A DNA stretch of 64,000 bases from Ophelia neglecta (Eukaryota): the NCBI GenBank assembly GCA_965285935.1, contig OZ260661.1, positions 34,658,001 through 34,722,000 on the forward strand, in the 5' to 3' direction. Within the stretch, counting starts at the first letter, position 1; each line of letters starts with the position of its first letter. Shown here piece by piece: positions 14,193 to 25,600 of this stretch. The translations under genes were made by a program, and so were the position numbers. The notes below the pieces were generated by a model. The model was not told the DNA's origin, searched no databases, and worked only from the letters and a program-made list of their open reading frames with translations.

Positions 14193-16778
14193 TATATGTA
14201 ACAAAATAAAGCATTTTAATCCAAAATATGAAATCGCTTTGGAAAAAGAAGTTGTCAACAGTGTTCCATAATGCGAGTGAGACCACAAAAACTAACGAGT
14301 CAGTGATCCAAGTAGTACAACAATGATATATGCCTCAAGAGAGACTATAATGAAGTATAAAGTCGTTGATACATCATAGAGACATCATATGTCGGTGAAA
14401 CAGGAAAGTACAATTCAAGTACGTAAGCGATCGCTAAATGATAGTATTGGTGATGTCATTTTTCTGTGTCAGTTATACAGGTAATATTTTCATTAGTTGA
14501 TGAACCTAAGGCCTTTTTTGTATGAGGCTATTTGTATTATCGCTTAGGCTATTTTCATACTTGATACTGCCACTTGGCCCTTTTTTGTTTGAAAATATTT
14601 GAGACTCTGGCCATATTTCCTTTTCAATAATTGTCTTACTTTCAAAATAACACACAAATCTTTGCAAAATAAAGATAATTACTATTTTGATCGCAACAGG
14701 AATGTTCTTATGAAATAGGCCGTACGAAGCTTGACCGAAATTGTCAAACTAGTATATTTATCATAAAAATTGATGAATTTTGCTTTTGATTATTTCGAAA
14801 CTATGAAAACATCACTTCGGCAGTTTATACATTAGTTGGCGAAATGAATCATATAATTCATGTTACTTGTCAATGCCTTATTGCACAATGTTTAGATTAA
14901 TGGCCAGTTGCCCCCAGATCGATCGATTAATTAATAGTGGTGTATGTGTCCATTTACCGAAGGGAAGGTGCCCATGTAACCTATTAAAGGTTAATTGGTC
15001 GCCACCACATTTTTCACCTGATGAGTATATCGCATGGCTACCGACAATACAGCTTGGAAAGGATCATTGCGGAGCACATGCTAAACCATTATCTTGCTTT
15101 TAAATAACCGAAACCGTGACTTGCTATGGTGGGAGACTTTTAGAAAGAATGATTTACAACAGTACATTAGAAACGTCCTGTAGAGTACATAGTTGTATTG
15201 TGCTACGAGTATGAATGTATTATATCTCAGCTCGAATTTATAATAACGAGTACATTCTCAGACTATACTCCACAATTTCTATATTTGCTAAAATAAAAAA
15301 GTTTTAGTTCTATCATTATAATTTGAGTATGAATATACTTGGTTCAATGCTGTCTGATATGTCATCATTAATGGTCCAGTATGATCTGAAAGCCTTATTT
15401 CCTGTTTGCTATACTAAATGTAACCGAGCTTATGTTTTGATATTGAATATTGAAGTTTTGCAAAAGCACAGACACAAAAAAGAAGTTCGTACGTGGTTTA
15501 ATCAACTCATTCAACCACAATTAAGTCCCATGAAATTTTCAGTGAGCCGGCAGCCATTAATTAAAATGTCCGTTTTTTGTGCCGTGTATGAAATGATGTG
15601 AGGCACATATCAAAGAAAATTATTGATGTCGTTAATAATTCAAACAAAGTATACATGCATTCTATCTGTAAAGACAACTAAGATGCATTTGCAGCTGTTC
15701 GCACAGGGTAAGGTTCTGGTGTTCTCTTTTGTTCTCATATGCTCCATAAATTGCTAACAAAGGTCTTTATTATGCAAGATCAATCATTTACAATCTATAA
15801 ATTCTATCGGGATTATCTGCTTAGTTACAATTCGTAGGTGACATTTGCTAAAATAGGGGAACACATTCAAAATATCAAATATATTTCTTCTAATATAGCT
15901 ATTAAAATAACACATGGCAAGCTGCGATCTACATCCCCCATGCATACGTATCATACTATAAAAACAGACATTTTATAGTTTCTTGTTCTTAAAACCCTAT
16001 CTTTACCGAGAGTGAAACATTTCCAAGGATGTGGAATTGTGGGTGACCCACAAAGTTATGTAGATAGACTCATTTAGTAAACGTATATGACGAGAGATGA
16101 TGTTTAAGGGCTCTCGGCATAACTCTGGTACAGCATTCTGATACAGCATGAATTTATAAGGCTATATATTATACTCGATATCTTTAGACTCTCTGAAAGA
16201 CTACATATTCCTAGTCGTTCTTTATCGTGTTCGTTCACCTGCCTTAAGCAGTCTTATTGCAGTAATGTCGCGACCTCGGAGAGATAACGGGCTTTGACAA
16301 AAAAAGTGCAAAAACCAACCAAGAGTAAATTGGAATGCTAAGTAGCATTGCAGGCTCCTGTATTGGGTGTTCGTCAAAATCAGCCATAAAAACCTCAGGA
16401 GATGAAGAATCATGATATGGCATCACAAGCAAATTGGCAACATTTCAGGCTGGTGTGAGCAATGACTTGAACGCATGACAGCGCATATTGCAAAAGGTAC
16501 TTTGAATACAAGCATCCAAAAACGTAATGACTGTGTTGAACACTGTATTTACTTAAAAACCGGCATTGCCTGTTTGTACCGAAATAAATACAGCCATCCA
16601 AAATGGTAACAGGGTAGCAGGCTATCGGGTTATAAGTCTATTTTGTGTTCACTTTTGCTGTGTCTGCCGGCCATCGACCGCGGTTTTTTCTGCAACATGT
16701 CAGAATTGTAGGTCTCCAACAGCGTAGGTCTCCAATAGCGTGGACACGACTTAGTTGAATATGAAAAGACCAAATTGC

Positions 16779-18940
16779 TTACATTACATTTATTTGACAT
16801 AGGATTGTACAATCCTGTGGGCCAACCATTAACAAATGCAATCAATGTACACTCTCAGCAAATGAAACAAGAAATGAAATTACCATCTACTAGTCTAATT
16901 AATTCTATACATATACACTCATATGGATTTTTTGAGCTTTCCTCAGAAAAATTGCAATATTATTTAAATATTTCTTATTTTTACAGTTTAATAAACGGTA
17001 CATTTTGAACATACTTGGGTGATTTGTATAGTAAAGTGGAACATATTTAATGCGCAGTTCATTATACAATGGACACTCAAATAACATATGGAACTCGTCT
17101 TCAAGTTTACTGCAAGTTGTACACAGTCTTTCATTATATTCAACCCGGTTTCTCCCCCAACTACCTGTCTCCACCTTTAGGAAATGATTTCTGGTGCGAA
17201 ATCTGCAAAGTATTACAATATTTTGGTTACTTATACCTGCAGTCAAATATCCGGGTGTACAACCGCCAAGTACGGACTGGTTCAAATATCTATACAATAT
17301 ACATTTATTCGAGTCATTAATTTCACAAGTAATATTCTGTCTTGCTACATCAGTGCATGTTTGTCTAAAAGACACAAGAAATGCAGCTGCATTTATATCA
17401 CCTTGTCTCAACCAAACATTGCCGTACCCATACCTATACAATAAATGCTTAACTGAAGTGGCCCAGTTATTCTCATCTGAATACCGTTCAATGTCATATA
17501 CCTTTCGAATAAGTTTATGTGTATTTTCTGGCCTTAATAATTTGAGCCACCATTTAACTATACGTACATTGCGATCAACCTGTAGCGGGACCCTGCCCAA
17601 CTCAGCGTAAATTAATTCCGACTTAGTACATGATTTCAGGCCCAAAATGGATTTTGCGTACTTAAGCAATATCTTTTCGACATCGGGACCTTTGTGAAAG
17701 CCCCATGTTTCAGAGCAATAAGATAAGATTGGCATGATCAACGTGTCGAAAAGGCGAAGTTTATTGTGAACAGACAGATTGAAACGATAAGTGTACTTGT
17801 TTAGAGTAAAAAGGGCCTTATTTGCCTGTGATGCCAAGGAACTTTGGGCGGCAGTCCAGGAACCAGTAGTACTAAACAAAATACCCAAATAACAAAATTT
17901 AGATACAATTTCAATTTGAATTCCCCTATATTTGAACACACTTCGAATTTGACCTCCACCTTTTCTAAAAATCATGATTTTAGTTTTCTCAACGCTAACA
18001 GTTAATTTCCATCGAACACAGTATGACGACAATATATCCAGACCATTTTGCAGACCTATCTGACTATCAGCCAAAATTACAATATCGTCGGCGTACAATA
18101 AAATAAATAATCGGAGATAATCAAAAGCAATCCCTGTAGTGAGTTGTGATGTTTTCAGTTCATTTTCTAGGTCATTAATATAAATGCTGAACAAAAATGG
18201 TGATAACGATTCACCTTGTCGCACCCCCAGGTTGCAATCAAATTCATCGCTTAGATTACCCCAGCTATCCTTAACACGAGATTTTACAGTTTTATACATA
18301 TCTTTAATGATAGTGAACTTCTTACCTTTGACACCGATTTTTAATAGTTTATACCATAAGTTCGGCCTATGCACCCAGTCAAACGCTTTTTTAAAGTCTA
18401 CAAATGCACAATAAAGTCGCTTTCTACCTCTAGTAAAATGAGAGATTAAGCTGTTGAGAAAAAATATATTATCACCCGTACAAAACCCCGAGCGGAAGCC
18501 AGCTTGCCCCTCAACATAGACCCCATATTGTTCTGCCCATTCGTTCAGTCTGTTATTCAATAATCGCGTAAATATTTTGCCAACTACACTTAACAAAGTT
18601 ATGCCACGATAGTTCTCAACATTATCAGTGCGACCTTTTTTATGCAATGGCAATATAAAACCTTCAGTCCAAGACACTGGAAACTCGCCCCTTACGAAAA
18701 CATCATTATATAAAGATAGTAATATTGGTTTCAAGCAATCACAATACATAAACATTTCATTAATTACGCCATCGGGTCCAGGACTTTTGTTAGTTTTCAG
18801 TTGAAGTAATGCCCTATTCAAGTCCTCCATATTAAATACATGATCCATTTCTTGAAACACACTGTCGGAAGATACATACTCTTCAATAAAACTATCTACA
18901 TCATCTGATACCTCATACATGTTTAGGTCACTAGGATTGT
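16779..18940 (-). mobile_element. 5'-truncated non-LTR retrotransposon (LINE, RTE-X-like), apparently young
   Basis: Uninterrupted RT ORF, then a short 3' UTR with palindrome AGGATTGTACAATCCT (16801-16816), AATAAA (16794-16789) and a TGTAATGTAA tail (16788-16779). No endonuclease or ORF1 upstream; an in-frame stop lies at 18980-18978. The 5' junction is approximate and no clear TSD was found. Confidence 0.92.
16905..18920 (-). CDS. LINE ORF2 fragment: reverse transcriptase plus C-terminal Cys/His motif (671 aa, lacks APE endonuclease)
   Basis: Motifs KSPGPDG, NYRGITLLS, QAGFR, AFVDFKKAFD, GVRQGESLSPFLF, LLYADD and YLG, then RTRNHFLKVETG...CTTC..EDEFHMLFECPLY. Confidence 0.95.
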   Translation of the reverse strand: MYEVSDDVDSFIEEYVSSDSVFQEMDHVFNMEDLNRALLQLKTNKSPGPDGVINEMFMYCDCLKPILLSLYNDVFVRGEFPVSWTEGFILPLHKKGRTDNVENYRGITLLSVVGKIFTRLLNNRLNEWAEQYGVYVEGQAGFRSGFCTGDNIFFLNSLISHFTRGRKRLYCAFVDFKKAFDWVHRPNLWYKLLKIGVKGKKFTIIKDMYKTVKSRVKDSWGNLSDEFDCNLGVRQGESLSPFLFSIYINDLENELKTSQLTTGIAFDYLRLFILLYADDIVILADSQIGLQNGLDILSSYCVRWKLTVSVEKTKIMIFRKGGGQIRSVFKYRGIQIEIVSKFCYLGILFSTTGSWTAAQSSLASQANKALFTLNKYTYRFNLSVHNKLRLFDTLIMPILSYCSETWGFHKGPDVEKILLKYAKSILGLKSCTKSELIYAELGRVPLQVDRNVRIVKWWLKLLRPENTHKLIRKVYDIERYSDENNWATSVKHLLYRYGYGNVWLRQGDINAAAFLVSFRQTCTDVARQNITCEINDSNKCILYRYLNQSVLGGCTPGYLTAGISNQNIVILCRFRTRNHFLKVETGSWGRNRVEYNERLCTTCSKLEDEFHMLFECPLYNELRIKYVPLYYTNHPSMFKMYRLLNCKNKKYLNNIAIFLRKAQKIHMSVYV

Positions 18941-19514
18941 CATTCCTTTCTGAGTCTGGTCGTTCGTAATGAGTCTTTTAATCTCAGAGGTCCACCATGA
19001 TACAACTGTCCGTTTATGTTTATTCCGCCCATAGGCTAGCCTTTGCTTTTCGTGCGTTTTTTTTCGTCAAGGGAGTATTAATATCCTCTGAAAAACATTG
19101 ATATTTCTCGTTGTTTTCAGAATAGTTTGCCATATTGTTTGCACGAGATTCCACTGATGTGCATGTAAATGTTAAGTATTTCCGGTGAATGTCTTTAACT
19201 GGTTAACAGCGATACCACAAAACGCTGATCGGCCCGGATTCTGCGCTGTATAAACATTATATGCCGTCCCTCTTCAGATTGCTCTCTGTTTTATGGATGC
19301 CGCGAAACGTGCAATAAGCCTACCCACCGGCAGCTAGGGTTCACTTTCGTATCATAACACAAAAGAATAGGGCAAAACCAAACGGGACTGGCTATTTGAC
19401 GCTCCCTGGAAAGAAGTATTTTAGCCAGACATAAGGGCTGGCTAATTTAAGAAGATACACATCCTTCTCATTTTTAACCCGTTACGGACGCTGGGACAGG
19501 CACTTATTCCTTGG

Positions 19515-19637
19515 AAAACACGCATATATTTATATATTCTGTTGGTTCATTTTCCCTTTGCCTTATCAAAACGTCTTGGCAAAACACGCATATATTTATA
19601 TATTCTGTTGGTTCATTTTCCCTTTGCCTTATCAAAA
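19515..19637. repeat. Perfect 57-bp direct duplication separated by 9 bp
   Basis: 19515-19571 is identical to 19581-19637 (AAAACACGCATATATTTATATATTCTG...CCTTATCAAAA). Confidence 0.95.
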
Positions 19638-22600
19638 TGAAACGCTCCTCTTTAGTTAAGTGAGTGTATGGGGAAATTGCTAACCAGTAGGCACTGGTAC
19701 ATTAATTATTGCATTAAATAGTCCAATCCAATTGAATTTGATGCAAATATAGCAGTACACTCTATTGGCATTTCCTTTGAATTACCTTTTTTTAGCTTGC
19801 CTCGGAAAGCAGTGGCCATCTGCTGCGCATTGGCTTAATTCACTTCGAGTAGCAGGAGCTAGACTTTTAAAGCAATTACCCAATTTACTACCAAAGTTCG
19901 ATCACAAAATAAATTCGCCTAGAAAGTAATCTAATGATTTGCTAACAGCAAACACACTTAGATAACTTGATGCCCAGACACTGTCCAGACAGAGGCCAAA
20001 GATGTGCCGTTCATTAGATTTCAGTGTCGACCTTAGGACGGTTATTCGTTATTGCAGCGATTCAATTTGGAATCTTCACTTATTTTGTAATCTTATTCCC
20101 AATGGGTCCACTAAAATTAGAATAGGGATCTCTGTGCGCCCCTCCCCCCCCCCATCCCCCCCCCCAATTCCCACAGGAATCCGTGAACAGCTAGACCGGC
20201 GTCATAATTCACGGTTCAACTTATACAGTGTAGATCTGGTGGGAACCTAACCAGCTTTGCTTATAAAAAAAATCAAGCATGATGTACTTATATCCACTGC
20301 ACGTCATATGACTGTTATATAGCAGTTTGTATATGGCCAATGCAAACGCTTCTGATTATAATGTTCCTCGGTAAATACAGACGTTTCACAAGCACGAAAC
20401 TTCCTCCTCAACTTGTTCGGTATGAACCGCAACTGAGTTTTATTCAGGCAACGATAAGCAGTGAGTGGAGTTTATTTGAGGTAATGAAAGCTCATTCATC
20501 CTGCGTTCCCAATTTTTGGGGTTTGTTTTATTAAAACCTTAGCCCGCATCTATCGATATTCTAGGCATGAGCATACTGGCTGAACATTCGTTTGGTCTCA
20601 TTCGAAAGAGATTTTATTACTGTTCCAAGAAAGCCATTTGGTGTAATCTTTTTTTGCAGCAAACATTGGGTTGCGACAAATGTGGTAGTCAATATCATAA
20701 AATGATATAAATCCTCGTGAATCTACTCATCCGCTTGACATGTGCATGTAAACCAACTTAAAAAGCTGTCTAAATTTAACCTGATATATTATGGTAGTCA
20801 ATGTGCTAAGTAGGAGATATGGAACGTGGGTCCATGAGTTGAACCTTAGGAATATTGCTTGCTCCTTACGTTCACAATACTGTGTTTAATTGTTATAACC
20901 TATCAATAGAATTAAGGAAAATCTTGTTCTCAAAAAAAGCGATGCATCTCTGTTAATCACCGAGTAGGGAGTATATTCCATGTTGATTGATGTCACAGGA
21001 AAGGTGATCCATAATTGCGTTAGGAGTTTGATCTGGAATACAATAGTAAGAACACATTTCCTCGCCTTCCCATGTCGAGGACTGTTTTTTCTCAATGGTT
21101 GACACACATCAAGGACAACTGGACATTGTTATGCTTACGTATTTTATTTAGATCACTGGGCGTACTATTTTAGTCAGTGTTATGTATCTGGAAGTAGGTA
21201 TCATAAACAGCAACTTCATGCTAATTTCTGATCTAGGCAGGCAAATATAATTGATAAACAACCGAAACATATTCTTTTCCTACGTTATTTATATAAACCG
21301 TGTTAAGGTATTTTGAATTATAATAACATCAAAAGTGAGTGGTGTAATTGCGAGTTAAAGGATTATAGCAAATGCTCTTTTTCGGACAATGCACCGTCTT
21401 ATGTAACAATTTAAATGTTGAAACTGCATGCTCCGCAGGACCAGTATTCTCATTCAAATTGTGTTAAAATAGTCACTTAAGACATTTCACTGTGGGAAGA
21501 AAAAACGAAGGTTCTAACCCGAGGCTTTGTCTTTTGCATTTAAACAAAGCATGAACTAGCAACAATGTTTTTAATACGGGTGACATGTTGAGGGAATGTG
21601 GCTTAGTGGAAATGTAAGTTATAGTCGCATTCACACGGCATACACTAACCGCCCTTACTAAAATGAGGGAAATAACATATTTTAAGGAATACACTTTTGT
21701 GAGAACACACTTTAAATAGTCATTGCTGTAAAATAAACCTTCATTCTGACTTAACTGCATTCATCGTCTGACATTATATTAATCCATATATGATAGGATG
21801 CGTACGATACGTTCCGCCTGACACAAAAATCCTAGTAAGGAACTATGGCGTCAAAAAGGGTTGAAGGATTTCCAATAATGTTTGTGAACGATCAAGTCTT
21901 CTACACTATTGGCCACACCACACTATTATAGGCCAGAATAACTGTAAGTCCCATGTTCTATTGTGACCTCTGTAAACTCATTTGGTAGAAGTAATTATAG
22001 AGATTGACTTCCGAGGGACAGGTACTGTGGTGTTCGTGCTATTGTGATTCCCCACCCACATAGCACATTGTAATGGTTGTTCAGAAGCTTCCTTTATTTT
22101 TACGTTAGATTTTCTTAGAAGCCTATTATCATATAAAAAATCGATAACTGTTTAAAATACTAACTTTTTCTACCAAGTTACTATGGGTAACCAGAAGATG
22201 ACCACAATTAAGACGCAATTTACCACCCTAATATTACCAGGAAGATAATATATTGCTTCTCTCACAAGCTACTGTACTCGTAGAGATTGAGTAGATTTGC
22301 ATTCGGTGGGATGTTTGGAGCTGTTATCAGGAGACAGAAAAAATATCGATATTTAACCCACTTAGTATAGACATTGATCAGCAAACCTCAACCCGTTTGG
22401 TTTTCTCAGTGGACTGGGTTAAGATGTGTTGTCCCCCGTATAGAGAGACGTTAAGGACGCAAAAGAGACTTCAGTGAATGAAAATAAGACACAATACGTT
22501 TCATTTACCAAAGAGTCCAAATAACATTTGCGTTATCTTCGTTACGTATACCCGCTTTGACCAGAATATAGTTATGTCGCAATTAAATTATCCTAAGCCA

Positions 22601-25600
22601 TTTTCCTTTCCTAATTGGATCACATAGTCGTATCTTTTCATCTCTCTGTACACAATAGCAGACAAATTTTAACTTTGATGGCGTCTCCAACCCGTCTGCC
22701 GTTCATTAGAGGCTGGGTGTTGTCTCTGATTCTCTAAAAAGGATCCTACTTCAACAATCTCCTATAGAACATTAGCCGTGGACTAACGTTTAACAATAGA
22801 GCAATACCATATTGTGTCTGGGACATATTTCTCAAACGGTTATCTTGTCCCTTCTGAAGACACTCTTTTGAGAACGTGAATGCGGAGTCAAAAAAACAAC
22901 AATAGTTCATCATTGCACAGTAGGCTGTGTTTTTAGCTCCGCATGGAGAGATTTTTAACAAAACGTTTCACACTTGACAGTGTTATTCCTAACTCAAAAC
23001 TAACTGCCGCAATTGTGTCAACTTCATATTATCTTTTTTTCAAATTTACACCCAGCGCTCCCCATTTTTCGTCGAGTGGTACGTAGTAAAACATATTGTT
23101 TTAAATTCTATATATGTGTTAACAGAAAGGTAAACGCTACTGCATTTGCTTGTCTCATCAAACGGTCAATTAAAACTAATTATATAACATATTTCAGTAA
23201 AAGACGTCGATCCTAAATCCCGAAAAAGAGTAATCTATATTGGCCTAATTCCTTTAGCGAAAATCACAGTTTAATTTATTTTCACCATCAAACTGATTTT
23301 TATTGATATTGAAATCCATTTGATTTTAATAGTCATCCGTGTACAGCAACCTGCATCCGTGCAATAGATGTTGATAGAAGAACTGCTGAATAATGCCTCG
23401 TTTATAGCGTAGCGATTACATGATATTCATTTCCAAGGAAGAACCAAATATAATAATTGTCTAACGCCCCACATCACCCGTTATTTCAAATGTTAATAAA
23501 TACGTTTTAATCCACCTTCACTATTCACTAATTGCGACGATGCGTTAGGTAATATTTCGGAGGCAGCAATGATCTTCTTATAAGTCTCTGTCATGTAAAC
23601 TGTTTTATTCATTGCTTGAATAGGAACGGACGCGGAGTAGGTTCAAGCATTTCAAGAAGAGTGGGGCAATTTATATTGACTCGACTGTAATCGACTGAAA
23701 GTGTATATTTGCACTACAGAGGTTGGCTTTGCCTTAGACTATAACACCGAGCTGTTTTAAAAATGGAGTGGATACCCTGCACAAAGCATTTAATCAACGA
23801 ATGTGTTGTAGACCTATGAATCTTCATTTGTTTTAATGGCTAAGCCATTTATGGTAGCCTTCAGGAATACACATAGAGAACGCTATATGTATTTCGTGTT
23901 GTGTACGCGGCACTGTCTGTGTGGCGACAATATTCCTACTTGCAATAGGATTCGTAGGCTATTTGGTTTGCAATACATATATTTTATTTTTATGCAAAAT
24001 GACAACTTACAGGAGGCTTATGTTGGCAAATACTTTAGCGGAAATTTCTGATTATCTGTTTTTAATATGTACCAATATGTGTTATAGAAATATTAAAGCT
24101 CAAGCAAGTTTTCCCTTTCATTAAACATATAACTTAACTTATCAAAACGAGAAATGAATGGCATTGGACTTTAAACAATAGGTTCACGCGTGCAAGGGGC
24201 ATGCTTTTTTTTATATATTAGTAATAATAGGACCGTGCCCATTCTTTCCGAGTACTATATATATGCAAAATGCATGAAGAGTTACAGAACTGCCAAAAAG
24301 AATTCTTGAATCCCAATGCTGTTGAATAATGTTTTACCATCTTCCTTTCAAAGTCGGTCCCTAAACACCCTTGACTAAAACGTTCTGTTTTTGACAGATG
24401 CATTAGGATGCCTGTTGGTTATAAAGTAGAATTGTTTTGGAAGTAATCAGAATGAGACACAGTGAGTTTGCAATCGCCGCTGAAATATGACTGTTATAGA
24501 GTTGGGGTAAGGTTGGCTAAGAACTATAGTCTACTCTCAAATCTAGGTCTTGTATAGATTCACATGGCGATTTTTAATGTATCATTGATGTTTACGGATT
24601 TCTCGTTTGATGGCATTGCATGTCCAGAACGGCAAACGATATCCAGCCCTCAGATACTGTTATTGCATTCGGCACAATAGCTTAACGTTCGCGCTGTCAC
24701 AACGTCTTGAAGATGAGTTTTGCGACAGTCGTGTGTTGAAATGTCGAATGAGGCATGTACTTTTATTCTTGTTGTATTTGCCTGAAATTGGTTTATATTA
24801 TTTGCGCCGTTCATTTTTATACCTCAAAGCAAGGTATGCGAATATGCCTTAAGAACATGTATCTTTTCGGGTATGTCCCTTTGCAATTGACGTATCCTGC
24901 TATCTGCACAAGGATATGGTAAAATGCAAATGGTAAAATGTGAGGCACCAATTAAGCAGTCTTTTATTCAGGACGCTTGCCAACTGTGTTTCAATGAGAT
25001 GTGTCCCACTGCCAACAATCCTCTAAAGAGAACGCGTTTGAAGACACTTGCACTCACAGGGTTACTTACAGGGCAATAACACTTGCCTTACATTTTTATA
25101 AATCAATTACACTGAAGTTCGTGAGACGATCTTCTGAGTAAGTCGATACAGGCCTGAAAAACAACAATAGCTCATGGTTGCAGGAGACACTATATTTGCC
25201 GATCACTTCACATGAGTAACACCCAATGCCAATATGGTTAAATACACTGTTCTCCGATCAATCAAATGGGCCTTTTACGCTGCGCAAACAAGGCTCAATA
25301 AAGTGACAAAGAAACGATGATATTACATTTATTGTCGTCTGAGGGACTGTGTAGTAATTTAAGAGACGGGTTTCTAGTGCTTAAGCAGTGTCATTGGACC
25401 GATTTAGAAATGTCTGCATCAAGTACCAAGCGTATTGTGCATCAAAAGCGCCATTTTATAAATCACCACAGCACGGGTGGAAAAATTTGATCAATATTGC
25501 CATTAAGGCCCTTTGTAAGTGCTATCATCGTGGCCACGATCGTTTACTTAGCATAATAGCCATCTGTAACAGGATTACCACCTACATGACATGTGCCTAG

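Noticed and set aside
17069-18414. + strand ORFs of 76-138 aa (17069, 17184, 17194, 18184)
   Set aside because: They are antisense shadows of the LINE RT ORF with no independent protein features.
20955-21080. Minus-strand frame STWEGEEMCSYYC resembling a copper monooxygenase EMC motif
   Set aside because: The match is too short, with no flanking similarity or exon boundaries; likely chance.
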